Of a DNA stretch of 64,000 nucleotides, positions 1-13,843 are shown piece after piece. The DNA is from Botryllus schlosseri (Eukaryota), in contig CM119372.1 in the NCBI GenBank assembly GCA_051294905.1, positions 24,368,001 through 24,432,000 on the forward strand. The letters are read 5' to 3'. The notes beneath the pieces were generated by a model. It was given only the letters and a program-made list of their open reading frames with translations, had not been told where the DNA came from and ran no database searches. The position numbers and the translations under genes were made by a program. How positions within the stretch are numbered: position 1 is the stretch's first letter; each line of letters begins with the position of its first letter.

Positions 1-2039
1 AAAATGGTCGGTTCAAGAGTTATAGAACAGATATTTCGTCAAAGAAGCTATATTTACCCTATATTTTCAATTGTCAATGTCAATCCACATTCGTGACGTC
101 ATGGCTTAAAACAACAACAACAAAAACAAAACAATAAAAAAACATGTTTTAAACAAGGGCCTTATTGTAAACATACTTGCTTTAAATTTATTTTTGTTTT
201 AAATGCAACCCTAATTTATAGCAATAGGCATTTAGGTTCCAGTCAATACCGTGCCACGACACACCAAAATACATGTGCAATTTCGACCAACACGCGACTT
301 CACGAAGTCTGCTACTAAAGAAAGACCTTGGACGAAACTTAGGGTATGTGTCTATTGTCAATAGCCTCGCTGGGTGAGCGTGACTAATTCCGTCCTTTCA
401 CTCCGAGCCCACAATGCAAATGCTACCCGGACACCCACAGAGCATTAAAGGCATGACAATTTGTGTGTGCGTCTCACGAAAGTTTTTCTTTTAGTCTGCT
501 ACGTCAGGAATACAACAATATCTTTTGATTGTAGAACAGACCGGAAGTCACGAATTAGCAACATACACTAAAGTAATAATAACAAGATAACAGACGTTAT
601 AATTATGAATTACGTGCCCCCTGCTCTACAGGTAAACCTGACCATCAGGGGCAGAGAGAGAGAGAGAGAGGAATAAATAATAATAGTAATGCGATTACCA
701 ATATTATTGACGAAATTCAGTCTTCAACTTGAATTTATCATCCTATGGGGCCTAAGACCAACGTTCGGAGTAGGGGACGAATAGCTGTCTTGGTCCTGAG
801 TCTAGCTACAATTCACACCAACATGATATTTAGACCCATGGCTATGGCGGCAGGTCCCAATGTTGAGTAAAGAATTATGAAATAACGATTGGCGCATGTT
901 TCAAGTAGAGTCATATGAGCAGAACATAAAATTCTGCCTTCAAGTTGATCCAGATAATGTACTGCAAGCTGCCGCTACGAGAAACGACAAACACGGCCCG
1001 GATATGATATATATCAGCAGCTGTTGATTTTTATTGCTTCGTTTTGGAAACCGTAATGTTTTATTTGATGAGTACAAAATTTCAAATCTCTGTCGAGCAG
1101 CAACGGTCAAACTGCGTTTGCATAACCAAACATCAATACACAAGTTACTAGGTAGAGTGGTGATGATTAATTATCCCGCTGAGGGGTACTGGCGCGTGGA
1201 ACGTGTTGATAACCTGATATACAGCACGGCGGGTGTTCTTACAATCACACGAATGTACGTGACGTACATCGAATATCTATTTACTGTGGATACTTCTTAC
1301 GAAATGACTAGCAAAGCCAATAGGCTACTTATGACGTAATAATGAGCAATGGCATTTAAAAATCAGACGTTTGAACCTGGTATAATACATCTTCCTTGTT
1401 CACGAATGTTCAGTTTATGTCATAGTCCTTGTACAAATAAAAAGTAATCGTTCTTTCACAAAGAAATCGATTAGATATGGGAAGTAGTCGATTACGATTA
1501 CGATTACTTCGGAATTTTTTCGAATGTGATCGATTGCGATTACGATTACTTGAAAATGCTGTAATCGTCGTAATCGATTACGATTACTAATCGTGATTAC
1601 CTCATGTCTGCATCCTGTGCGATCTTGGGTATCTTTATATATGTTATTATCGCCAATTTAATATGGCGAGTATTAACTAGTCGTAGCCTACGCTTCACAG
1701 CTGTAACACCACTGGATTGTTCGGCGATTGCACATTTCTATTGATATGGCACAGATTCATTATGTTCAAGTTGTTATTGATCTATTCCAACATTCGAAGG
1801 TAAAATCAAACGCTGATTATATTTGACTTCTGTAATGACATGATTAAAATAGCCTACTTATCTGGAGTAGGCCTATGGTAGAAATCCGAAAATAAGACCC
1901 ACTTTGAGATACATTGAATTCCCCTATTATTGGTGCTGCGGCCCGCGGCGCCATCAGAGAGTAGGAAATTGGCCCGCGAGCACATTTGAGTTTGAGACCT
2001 CTGGTCCAGACCCTGAGTTTGACGAACCGGAAAAATCGT

Positions 2040-3342
2040 GAAACGCGGAGATCGTTCACGCTATTAATATGGCATTCGACGGCTTACCGTTAACTCGCAA
2101 TGAAATTCGCAACGCGACGGTGAAAGACAAAACCATGGAACTACTAAAATTATCTGTGATTTATGGTAACTGGAATCCAAAGACGCACGTCGATGATTTT
2201 TCTTGATTTCCGACTCGCGAACATTCGCTCTCTCAGCACGAAGACATTATCATGCTCAATATTAATGGTTTGCAGCGCGTAGTAATTTCGCAGTCACTTC
2301 GATCGCGAGCCTTATCATAGTTGCACGAAGGACATTGGGCTATCGCGAAAATGAAACATATGGCGCGACGTTACATCGCATGGCCTTCCATTAATCGCGA
2401 CATTGAAAATCTGGTGAAGAGTTGCGACGTTTGCCGTAAAGTAATGAAAACGCCTGATCGTTAGTATCGCGACGCGAATGGCCCAAGACTTTGACCAACA
2501 AAGACCTTTGAACGGATTCACTTCGACATCGCGGGTCCAATAAAAAATAAAATATTTCTTGTCATCGTCGATGCGCATTCGAAATATCATTTCGTTAAAG
2601 TAATGAACGTCGGATCTACCACAACCTTGTGTGTAGTCAACGCTTTGAGGGAAGATCGAAGGCTTGCCCGTAACAATCGTCACGGATGGCGGACCGCAAT
2701 TCACATCGAATGAATTGGATACCCTGCATCGAACGGGGAAACGAAACGGAGTCGTCCAGACCTAAAAATGCTGGATCGATAAATAATTGCGACGGGGGCA
2801 AAAGATTTCAAATTGGCGCTCCAAACACTTCTCGCTACTTACCGATGTGCAACGCACCCGGGCATAGACTGGAAAACGCCTGCTGAGATTTTACATGGTC
2901 GGCAGCCGCGCAATTTGTTAAGTTTGTTCTCGCCTTTCGATAAATCGAAACCCGTTGCGCCTAGACAATCAGTCACTAATTTCGAGATTGGTTCCTCGGT
3001 TTACGCTCGCAGTTACCGACGCGGACCAAAGTGTGTTGCTGACGTAGTGACGGAAACGGACGTGTTGTGTATATTGTCAAAACAGATCATGGGTATTGGA
3101 GAAGGCATAAAAACCAACTCCAACCACTCTTGATTTCAACTGGTAATGATACAGCCACACAGGAAGTTGCTCAGCCTAAGCAGTCACAAGCTGAGCAACC
3201 ATTGGTCAGGAATAGGGCACAACGTCCTGCAGTTAGTCCTGCTCATACGTCGGGTAGACGTTATCCCCTTAGAAATAGAAAACCAACCGATTTCTACATA
3301 CCTACGTAAATGTGGGCAACCCTCTAACTTACAGGGAAGGAC
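2040..3342 (+). pseudogene. Degraded Ty3/Gypsy pol 3' end (linker, integrase zinc finger and core)
   Basis: Manual translation gives LPLTRNEIRNATVKD, LHEGHWAIAKMKHMARRYIAWPSINRDIENLVKSCDVC (H2C2 zinc finger), PFERIHFDIAGP..FLVIVDAHSKY (rve core), LLATYRCATHP...TPAEILHGR and RRYPLRNRKP. There are in-frame stops and frameshifts. A polypurine tract (acagggaaggac) lies at 3331-3342. Confidence 0.9.
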
Positions 3343-4544
3343 TGTTATGTTCGTGCATTCACGTTTGGTGTCGTTCAACTCTTGATTTCGGTAGGACTAG
3401 TAATTATCGCCAATCAATATGTCCTCGTGTGCCGTGTTTGTATTTATACCAGTGATTCTCAAACCGCGGCTCCGACAGCCGCATGCGGCTCCCAGCTAGC
3501 ATTCTTGCGGCTTCCATGGACGCTTGAAAATCCCCAAAAATATTTTAGAAAATAAATTTATAACAAAAAAATTATATTCATATTCAAAAGCACCCTTGCT
3601 TGGCTTAGAGACTGGAGTTTAGAATAAAGGATGGAGACCAATTAATCTGCTGTCGAGTAGCGATTCTCTAATCAGCAACGATTTCGTAACTTAACTCGCG
3701 CCAAAAATTATACTCACACTCGAATGCCTTCAGATCGGCGCTCACCTCACCACCACTATTAAGCGCAGGTGGTGTTAAAAAATCAACACATTTTCTAACG
3801 GTATCTGACCATCAAACCAATAAATCATTTGATGCATGCAGCAGGCTTATCAGCAACTTTATTGATGGAATTAATGCTTTTTGGCCCATGATGAAAATGT
3901 TTTTGAATCCCATTGTATACAATGTGGCAACTGTCCCTGGTAATTTTCAACTTGAGTTGCAAGACACGCAGTCAGATATCGAACACAAGCAATTATTTGA
4001 AAGTGAAGACTTAGTTGAATTTTCGAGTCAAGTTCCAGAGGAACGCTATCCCAACTTGATAACCAATGCCCAGAATAACGATTCTTTATTGTTATCAACT
4101 TATGTATGTGAAGCACATTTTAGCAAAATATTCGGAATCAAAAATCATTATCGAAATCGATTAATTGATGACCTCCTCAAGCAGCGCCGCTACTGCATAC
4201 TGCATTCTTCGCAACTACGCCTCACTTTGACACACTTCTGGAAGCTCTAGCTCAATGCCACGTTGAACATTGAATTGATTATTGCGTTTTTTTTTCTTGT
4301 TAGTGTTGCTATTTGCTGTTACGTGCTTACATGCTTTATAACTTTGTTGTACCTAATGAGTGTATTCGCGCGGCTCCAAACCTATTATGAAATTTGAAAT
4401 GCGGCTCTGACACCAAAAAAGGTTGGGACGCACTGATTTATACCCTTGCGTTCTGTTGTTACGGTCCTTCGTTTACCTGCACTTTGGATCGTGTCGCCTG
4501 TCTCAAGTTGTTTTGCTAATGATATACTGATTTCATATTGCAAC
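3343..4544 (+). mobile_element. Probable 3' LTR of the Gypsy element, interrupted by a hAT insertion
   Basis: TGTTATGT starts directly after the PPT. The 3' end is approximate (tattgcaac) and no 5' LTR is visible. Confidence 0.5.
3450..4435 (+). mobile_element. hAT (Buster/Charlie-type) deletion derivative with transposase C-terminal remnant
   Basis: CAGTG...CACTG ends with perfect 8-bp TSD ATTTATAC (3442-3449, 4436-4443). ORF 3888-4250 contains QLELQDTQSD...STYVCEAHFS..KNHYRNRL, a hAT dimerisation-type motif. Confidence 0.9.
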
Positions 4545-5242
4545 CTCGTCGTATGAGTTATTGTTCAAGCAAGTTCTAGATTCTAGAACTTCGATGAAAA
4601 AGTTTGAACAAGAAATCATACGCCAGGAGAACGCACGTGCGCGTGGCCTTGCTGGCGTCCCGGAAAAACTAACTACCAACCATTTCAAGAATAGGCGACA
4701 CAAATACAGACACTCGAGCGATTGAGACCAGAAACCTAAATATCGTCCAACATCCAATGGTCGTTGCTTCTGGGTATTCTATTAATTGTTATTTATTACT
4801 ATTATTTCTCGAATCTACTTTATTAATTGAAACGCACTCAAATTCGCCAACTATAGTCACCCATCACACTAGATCCCTTTTTTCGTCATGCTGTCGTACA
4901 CAATCAAACTACCACATTTACCTCTATAGCTACACGACAAATGTGATTCGAGCATCTTACGCCTATGCTTGAAAGACAATCCTATGCGATCGCAATCAAC
5001 AGTTGCAGTCCTGATAGGTAGTCTACGGGTTGAATGAAGTAGGAAAAGAGAATCACCGCTTCATTTGAGTTGTGTGTGACTCGGACACAGAACGATAACG
5101 CCCGGTGCTTACGCTTCATTGCTATTCTATTATTTATATATCCTATATGGATATCGCTTTCATCTAAGTCAGTGCTCTTCAACCTTTTTCGACGTGGTAC
5201 ACCCTTTTAACGTTTGCTCAAAACTCGTACACCCCTGTTCAT

Positions 5243-5541
5243 TAGGGGTCTTCAAAAATGACTTTTTTCCTGGCTACTTGATAAAATTGTTAGGTTACCT
5301 AACTTAAGCCTACACGCCAAATTTGGTTCAATTCCAACCAGTAGCCGCATGGCTACGGAAGAAGAAAGTTTATATTTATAATATAAAAATAAATAACGAA
5401 AAATGTGAAATTTTTCTGTTCACCCCATGAAAGTGTTAGGTTGTCTATAAAAATGATGTTCTTCAAATTTGGTTCAATTCCAACCAGTAGAAGCGGAGTT
5501 ATTGCCGTCAAAAATTTTGGATTAGAATAAAATAGTATTTG
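5243..5541. repeat. Dispersed repeat with an inverted copy at ~22862-23239
   Basis: About 300 bp align in reverse complement. Both copies carry an internally duplicated aaatttggttcaattccaaccagta motif. Class not determined. Confidence 0.75.
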
Positions 5542-6274
5542 GTCACAGAGTCTATTCGCAGCCAGTTAAGCCGCCCGCCACGCAAATTGGAATTTATTTC
5601 GTGTCAGCCCCAAAACAGCATGACATTACGAACGATAATCAACCTAAATGTAACAGTATTGGGGAGAGAGTATAGGTAAAGCTACTGCTGCAGAAGCAGT
5701 AATTCAGATCAGCGATGATATCAGGCGCACCAGCCTACTGCGTATCAGGCCTGTCCCACACCACACACAGTCGATAGTAGCACATGGGCTGCAAGAGATG
5801 TCAGTAACCTCAGATCGTATGCCGATATACACAGTCTATTGTCGCTAATTTGCATCACTAATAACAAAATACTAAATTGCAAATGTATGGCGAAATATTG
5901 GACATAAAATCGGCATTTTAAAACAAAAGGGTTTCGATTTCAACATGGAAGCTGTTTCGACCCTGGCTGGCTACGTCACTTCATTTATGTGCATTGCGGT
6001 ATTTATTAACGTCGAGTAGGAAGTACCGATTCAAGAAGTCTGAGCCATCGCGGCGGTTTCCTCAAAAATCACTAAAAGACAAATGACTAGCTGAACACAT
6101 GTTTGTTAACTGCATACTTTCCAACACCAAACGGAACCATTGGTCTATTGCCCACGGCTAAATGAATAGGAGAAATATTTGCTTATGACATCACAATCAA
6201 GCGGTGTACAGTATTACACTTGAGATAACATCGTACCATATCGCTCATTAACCTGTGCGTCAACCTGTACTGAC

Positions 6275-6789
6275 TAGGGCTGGGCAAAATCGAGTACCTG
6301 AGTGATTCGATTCTGAATCACGTAATATGCTTCGAGTCGAGTCGAGTATTCGAGTATCAGTCATTATGACGTCATAACAGAATGTCATATGTCAAAGATC
6401 AACTGAGCACTTTTTATGCTACCACAAATAATATGATGCCTGTATTCCGCCACATTACAGATACTCCGGTATTTTTCAACCATACGGATTTCTTTGCACT
6501 TTGTATCAATGTTGCGGGATGATCATAATTTTGGAAATGTGTTATTTTCTGTAACTTTAGTAGCTTGCACTATCTGTTTCGTATGCTGCGATACGTCCAA
6601 TCAAGGTTTCAAGGCATCCACAGTGGAAATTAGTATCGGAATTATAATTCTCGTTGACAAATTACCTTTCAGTGGCGAGGAACGTATAATTTCAGTACTC
6701 GAAAAAATCGACTTTTACTACTCGACTCGAATCATTAAAATTAATGCTCGATTCAGATTCGAGTACTCGAATCATTGTGCCCAGCCCTA
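6275..6789. mobile_element. Nested hAT-type MITE
   Basis: TIR tagggctgggca / tgcccagcccta, TSD GTACTGAC/GTATTGAC (7 of 8), cgagta/tactcg subterminal repeats. Confidence 0.88.
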
Positions 6790-8500
6790 GTATTGACCCA
6801 TAAACCTGTCTTTGTGATAGCTAGCCATCGGCTCATTGTAATTCGGATCTGGTACACCCCTGTACACCCCATCCGAGTGGTACACCCTTTGCAAATTCTG
6901 GTACACCCTAGGGTGTACGACAACCCCGGTTGAAGAGCACTGATCTAAGTAGAGTAGTTCACTAGCAATTATATTTGAGTTTGTGCAAATAGGTTACCGC
7001 GACACGGTTAGGCATCAAATACCATTGGTTGAAATTGCGAGGCTTCGATATCGGTGAAAAGTCAGCTCCTTTGCAGTCAATATTTCAGAAATGCGAATGT
7101 CAATGGTGTTTCTGCGCGGCAGTCGAAATTCTCGAATGACGATTTCTAGGCGCAGAAACCTGTCCAATGGGGTGGCCTATCGAATCTATATGCTGGCGCC
7201 CATCGTTGCAATTTAACAGTCAAATACTCCAATCTTTAATACCGATCAAAATGTATATACGATGTAAAAGTTAGTTACTTAGATTTGCAATTAATTGGGC
7301 GTCACAGTAAACTACCCAATAAAAATGGTCGAAGGACGGTTATGGTAATCGTCAACATATGGTACATTGATAGCAAATTGAAATCGCCTTCAAGACGAGT
7401 AAGCGACTACGGTTATGGTTAAGATTACGCGACTATAGTATCGAACTTTCAGAAGCTTAGTTTAATGACGCCATGTTCACCCTTGGCGACGATCTATGAA
7501 AGCACCGTCTGCCGTACTGTTCCAGTCCAATGCCTTGGACTTCATATTACATTGTACTTTCACACGCCATGGATGTAACTAATAATTGGATATGGGGAAC
7601 CAAACCACTTTCGATGTAAGCTAGAAAGAAACATCATAAACAACAAAAACAACGAACTCCAACGCAATACCAATAAACAAATATCCTCGTATCGTTAAGC
7701 TTTCATAGCCGGAATTTACATGATACCAATATTTGATTGTACCGATCATTGTCATGCGGGAGGAATTTGAAATGAGTTGCAGGTCAATTAAATTGGGCAG
7801 ATGTCACGACGACTCGCTCTCCCCCGTTACGATCTAACAAGAATTTGTTTGCTCCGTATAACTATATCATAGAGAAATGGTAACTTATTTGCGTCAGCCT
7901 GGATATATTTTCTTCAGTCGGGCTTGCGCAGCATTTGTCTTCAACAGCGACATTAGTGAAAAAACATAGTCACCACCTTGATCACAGTCTCGATCGCCAG
8001 AAAGTTCGTAAGAAAAAAATTAACTTTCATTTCGGAACATTTGGCAATAAGGAATCTACGATGAAATCGAGGGCCTAATTTTAATTAAGTCATATAAAAT
8101 ATTGAATGGTTACGGAATACTGACATAACTGCAATATGCAGATTCTCATGCTGTGCCAATTTGAAGCAAATGATGATGATTATTGATGCGACAATGAGGT
8201 GACTGCAAAAAATATTTTCGCTCGCACAGGATTCCGTCAAATTGTCTGTGTCAATTCCTCCCTATACATGACATGATTGTTTTATCAAATCTTAAGCTTG
8301 GTCTCAACAATAGCGTTAATATTGTCATATGTTTTAGGGTATTCAACAAGTTTCACTCTCTGTTGGCAAATGTTCCCATTGTTTTAATCGTAATCTGCGT
8401 ATGTGTTGTGAGAAATACAAGAGATTTAATTATAAACGCGGAAGTTAGGATTTGGCTCATTATGATTAATCGTGATTAGGATTTCATTTTCTGTCTAGGA

Positions 8501-9618
8501 TAGGGTTAGGCTACCATATTTTTGTGAAGCAAATTCCGGACACTCTTTAGCGCCCACTAGCGGATTTTAAAATGAGGTGTAACACATAGTCCGTCTATAT
8601 GACGTCATACTAGCAAAGTATCGCCCATCGACTGTGATACACTATACAGGAATGGAGTGGAACATAGGTCATGAATTGGGCCATCTGTACTGTGAGCTCT
8701 GGTGATTGCTACTTGCTGCGGTCTGCAATAGATTCCTCCACGGGCTGGATGAAATCGTCAGCGGGCCGTGTCTGGCATGTCAGGATTGTGATTGAAAGCC
8801 CTGCTATACTGTTAGGTCGGTGCGGCCATCTGGTTATGTGTTTTAATCAGGTCCGAAACAACATTTTTTTTGCCCCCTTTCGCCCAAAAGAGCACTGATC
8901 TTGGGCCCATCATAGGGTAGTCGATGTAGCCTGTTGTGCACTTACTATATGCATTTGGCTGTTAAATTTTATGTATGAATTCTGTCAATAATATTGATTC
9001 TTTCGTAGGCTACTATAAAATGCACCAGCAGGTTACACATCCGGTGATTTCCAACCTTTCATGGTCGCGACCTCATTTCGCACTTGAAAATGTTCCGTGG
9101 CAAAAGCTCAAAACTTGATAAGCTGATTACTAAAAAAAATCAGCTTGTCCAAACTTACTCATGGCCTAGGAATCTGATTACGTCTAAAGCCATCGCGATC
9201 CCCAGATAAAGGCAAACGACCCAAAGATTTGGAACCACTGTCTGTGACTGAAGCATCCCATCGGCCTTAACCAACTCTAGGAATAGCTTATTATTGTGAT
9301 TACAATCAGACTTATTTCAGTAAATGATGGTTATTTATATATATTTTGATTGCATTTTTGACGAGGGTGGTGCCTGGTGCCCATACTAATATCATTATAC
9401 GTTGCACTAAGTCGCGCGCGGCGCGAATAAGAGTTTTGAATAACATAAATCTGCTTGAAAATATTATTGTTTATTTTGATTTACGAAAAACTTTTGAGCC
9501 TGTTTCGAGCCTTCAAAATTCCGGACATTTTGGCATATTTTAGAAATTCCTCCCGGACGCAGATTTTTCAGTGGAATTCCGGACATGTCCGGGAAATTCC
9601 GGACGTATGGCAACCCTA
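8501..9618. mobile_element. 1.1-kb hAT-type non-autonomous element, copy 1
   Basis: Ends tagggtt(aggct)accata / tatggcaacccta, TSD GTCTAGGA (8493-8500, 9619-9626). Nearly identical to 49742-50858. Confidence 0.93.
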
Positions 9619-9894
9619 GTCTAGGACATTTTGTGTCAAAGGTGATACAGCAGTACGACCAAATATATTTGAACTATACAATGTCGTAACTATTATATCC
9701 TTCTTGCAACCTGCATATAACAGTTTCGCATTGACTTTTTTGCTTCGCGAATTAACCACTTTATGGTTCATTTTCCTTAAACAGCTGAACTCAGTGTGCA
9801 CTTTTTTGAGTTTTGGGAGTTGGATGTCAGTGTCACCAACTTGTTCCTGATGGTGACTAGAATGAAACTATATCACGTCTATATATATATATAT

Positions 9895-10215
9895 GGAAAG
9901 CGAGTGGCGCAGTTGGTTAAACACTGCAGTCACCACATCAATGGTTGCTGGTTCGAGTCTCGGCTCTGCCATGCTTCTATGTGTGGGCGGTTTGTCTTGG
10001 CTCTTCATCGCCGATCCCGCTCTATACACAGCGCCTTGAAAGCCTGAGAGAGCCGAAATCTGAAAAGTTGTTACAAGCAATCTACTCAAAATGGCATCGC
10101 GGCCCAGATGAAATCGTCTGACACCCTTGGCATGATATGTAGGTTGCATGAGATTTCTAACCCCGCATGACAAGTTTGATTCATTGCCATCCGATTTTAT
10201 TATTGTACTATTAGT
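9895..10215 (+). mobile_element. tRNA-derived SINE (3' end approximate)
   Basis: A box tggcgcagttgg (9905-9916) and B box ggttcgagtct (9950-9960) follow a (TA)n run. No complete cloverleaf. Confidence 0.65.
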
Positions 10216-12586
10216 AGTGTAACGGTGTTTACGTCAAGTGCTTATTGAAGTTGCCTATCGGCTATGCTATCGAGTATTAATCACTTCAATTCATCGAAGA
10301 TCCTTTTACAGTCACTTGGCGATATTATAGGCCTGCTCGTATGGCCATTACTCCAAACCTCTAGTTTCAGTAGCATATACACAGTGGCCGTGGAAACTCA
10401 CAGCAGTCCAAGGCGCAGATTGAGGACCTTCCTAGGATTTCTTGCAAATTCATGCTCTTTCAGCCAATAGCGCGCAGAACTGGCAACCCAACGTACTTGC
10501 CAAGCATATTTATTATTGGGGGCGCCTGATGATATGGTGCTTGCGCTAAATGTCTAGTTTGTCTACTCTCTCAAAAAATAAACCCCTTCCAAGACTTTCA
10601 AAATGGGCATTTTGGATAGACATGTTCCTCCAAAGCCTCGACCCATCCATCGCCTGCTATTGGCATGCTACAATCAAAAGGTTGCCGACCACTGGTCTAC
10701 ACAGTCTGCGGCCGCGTCAGTCGAAGATTCAATTGACTATAACAAAAGACTGCTTCCGACGACTTAAATACAGTGCGTGAACACAAAAATGTTTTCAAAT
10801 ACATTTTGAGGATCGCTTGATGAGAAGCTATCATTTCTTTGTATGAACAAGCACATTTACTTGCACGACCTCACTGCCACCGTCGTCTCCTTACATAAGA
10901 ATATACGCTGAGTACCTTTTCAACAACACTATACTATGCATCACATATCCCTTTACAGAATTCTGTACACTAACAAATGGCTATATTAAGTCCTAAAACC
11001 TGATTTTGATGCCACATTGGATATCAGCCTACCAAACCGATTTACTGCCAATGATGTGTGCGTTAGCATAGTGATCGGCACTTCGTTGCCAAATATTTGA
11101 TTTGATATATTTGTGGTGTTGCTAACTAACCGTATAAAATTTATTGACATTGGGCGTGAGTTCTGAATACAAACACAATGTCATGTTACTGACTCGACTA
11201 CGAATTTGTTGGAGGCTAAACTTAGGAGAACCGATGCATGTAATAGCGAATTTTATCGTTGTATTGAATGGCACAGAAGTCTCCAAATATGGGAATTACA
11301 AAGCAAAAGGCTTTGAGACATTAGCAATTTCATCTGCACATCCAATTGGAACTTGTGCGACCGATGTACTGTAAAATACAGAATATACTCTCTGGCGCGT
11401 AATTCTTCAATCCTATATGATATATCACCAGATCTGGTGACGGATGAAACACGCACCCAAATCTACTCCGCAATTCACATTGTATTATTTTTTTTCGAAA
11501 GGATTCGTGGGGCTGAGCACAGCGATTCGAATGCTCGATTCCGAGTCGAGTTCAAATAACGGAAACAGAAGGCTTTACACCGAGAACAATATTCTAGCAA
11601 CGAAAAATATAGTTTCAAAATAATGTATTCCACCGCTCGAGCAATCCTCAGTTACCGCATCTCAGCGCCCCATCACATGTCGCACAAGGCTACGAATATT
11701 GATGGAACGACATTTCTATCAAATAATGATCGACACTGACAATGGTCACAAAATGTGACGAAAAATTCATGGTCGGTCCAGAAATACGAAAAACAAAAAT
11801 TATATATACTTCGAATCGCCATATCATTATATCTGTTATTAAGTCATAATAGGTGACACTCGAATACTCTACTCAACTCGACCTGGAATTGACTCACACG
11901 GACACTCGATTAAGGTTGCATTTAAAGCATAAATGGATTTAAAACACACATGTTTACAACATGGTCCTTGTTGAAACATTTTTTATTGTTTTTATTTTTA
12001 TTTTTTATTTAACGATGACATCACGAATCAGTAATTGTGATGTCACAGTGTACTGACGTTGGCAATAAATATATAGGGTAAATATGGCTTCTTAGACAAA
12101 AACGGCTTTCGAACACGGTTAAGAACCACTGATCTACATGCTATAACTGTTGAAATGACGACAATTTTGAGGGTTCCAGTGACTCTTCATCGCTTACGTC
12201 CACTATATTGGGCACAAATCGCTCGAGAGTATTTATACATTTATGGCATAATTACACAACGTTTGAAAATAAACATTTTTTAAAAGGCATTTTTAGAATC
12301 ACTGTTATAAGCATGGTTTAAACAAGGTGTTTTAAAACACCATAACATTATCGCAAACGCAAGCACAAACACATAGTCTAGTCGCATTGTGTCCGTGCGA
12401 TTTCGTTGTTACACGCTGCACTGGTCAAATAAATTTGTTAAACGGTGATGGCAATTACAGGGAAGACAAGCCAATCGCTATCAATAGCAACTGCTATGAT
12501 CTCGTTGTGAATATCAAAATCATGTCTGTTGCTTTCCGATGGTACGCACTATACGCAGATACTGGCGCATAACGGATGCTATAGTG

Positions 12587-13843
12587 CATGGGTCACCAAC
12601 CTTTTTCTAACCAAGAGCTACTTCTTGGGTACTGATTGAAGCGACGGGCAACCATTTACTCCCGTCGTTTACCCGCACCAGAATGAATTTCCGCACTGAA
12701 CAGGAATTACATTGCGGCAAGACTTCTAAAAGAGTCTTTTAAATCAAAACATCTCATTTCAAATAGCTATAGGGACTAACATTTTTTAAGAACCATGAAT
12801 TATTTCGCACCATGTTAGTATAAAATATAGGCTAACACATCAGTCAACTCAAATTTTAAAATCTATTTTGTCACACTTGAGACTGGACATCATGTTATCT
12901 GTTTCTATATGGGTCAGTGGGAAGCCTGGCATTGTATGCTATCAACTATAGTGCGCTGTAGGCTACTTTAGTTTGTAACTTGACACTGCAACTCTGAGGA
13001 AGTGTTCCTGATGTGTAGAGTGAGGCGTGTTCTTTGTTTGTTTTTAGTGAAGTTCATGACCGAAAAGGCTGATTCACAACAATAAGTTGAACCAAACACG
13101 CTTGCAACCTTCATAGCTGCTGCGCATACACCACTGTGCTTTTCCACGTCAAAAAGGCATCAAAAGTTTACTCCAGCCTGATGGGCTTTGAGGTGGAGGT
13201 CATTTTGCAATTTCAATCTCCAACTCTCCAGCATCAATACATGACAAATTTCAATATACCGGACTGCAGAAACGATTACAGAAAGTTAGAAACATGGTAC
13301 TAAACTGCCCTTGAGTGTAAGAGAAACAAGCTGAGTCAAAAGATGCAATACGTATTGGGCATACATATATTGAACATCTGCTAATAGGCCTACTTCACGG
13401 CTATCTGCTACCGAATAGTAATGTTGTTTACTACTTTGGCATTGTCCTTGACGTTGAGCTACCATACCGGAACCCCTGCCATTTCAAGAAGACCACCGAA
13501 GGCATTCCGTGATGTCGCCCGTATAGGCAGTGCGCCGTATCTTACGTCTTCGATATCTTGTGATCTTATTGCATCTTGGTAGTATAGCCCATTACTAATT
13601 GTAATTGAGGATATTTGATATCATCATTTTAAGTGTTTATGTATTGCCATTTTTAAGTTACATGTTAGTGTGATTTAAACAAGAATAGTTAAATAGTCTA
13701 AATAGTCAAAAGCTCACTGGTAATAATCTGACGAATATTAGTAAGTGCTGCTATTCGATCTATTTTTAGAACAGGCTCGAGGGCTACTCATCTCGTCCTC
13801 ACGGGCTACCTGGGACCCGCGGGCACCGCGTTGGTGACTCCTG
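12587..13843 (-). mobile_element. hAT (Buster/Charlie-type) derivative with transposase remnant
   Basis: Ends catgggtcaccaac / gttggtgactcctg, TSD CTATAGTG/CTATAATG. The minus strand at ~13020-13130 reads AAMKVASVFGSTYCCESAFSVMNFTKNKQRTRLT. Confidence 0.88.

Larger units (their letters stand above)
5170..6942. mobile_element. Non-autonomous hAT-type element (composite)
   Basis: TIR cagtgctcttcaacc / ggttgaagagcactg, perfect TSD ATCTAAGT (5162-5169, 6943-6950), gtacaccc subterminal repeats. Confidence 0.9.

Noticed and set aside
8671..9543. Short ORFs repeated almost identically at 49907-50783
   Set aside because: The identity is due to the recently copied MITE. The copies differ by a frameshift and show no protein motifs.
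9895..9975. tRNA gene (also 42970-43043)
   Set aside because: A and B boxes are present, but there is no convincing acceptor or anticodon stem and the sequence continues into a SINE body.
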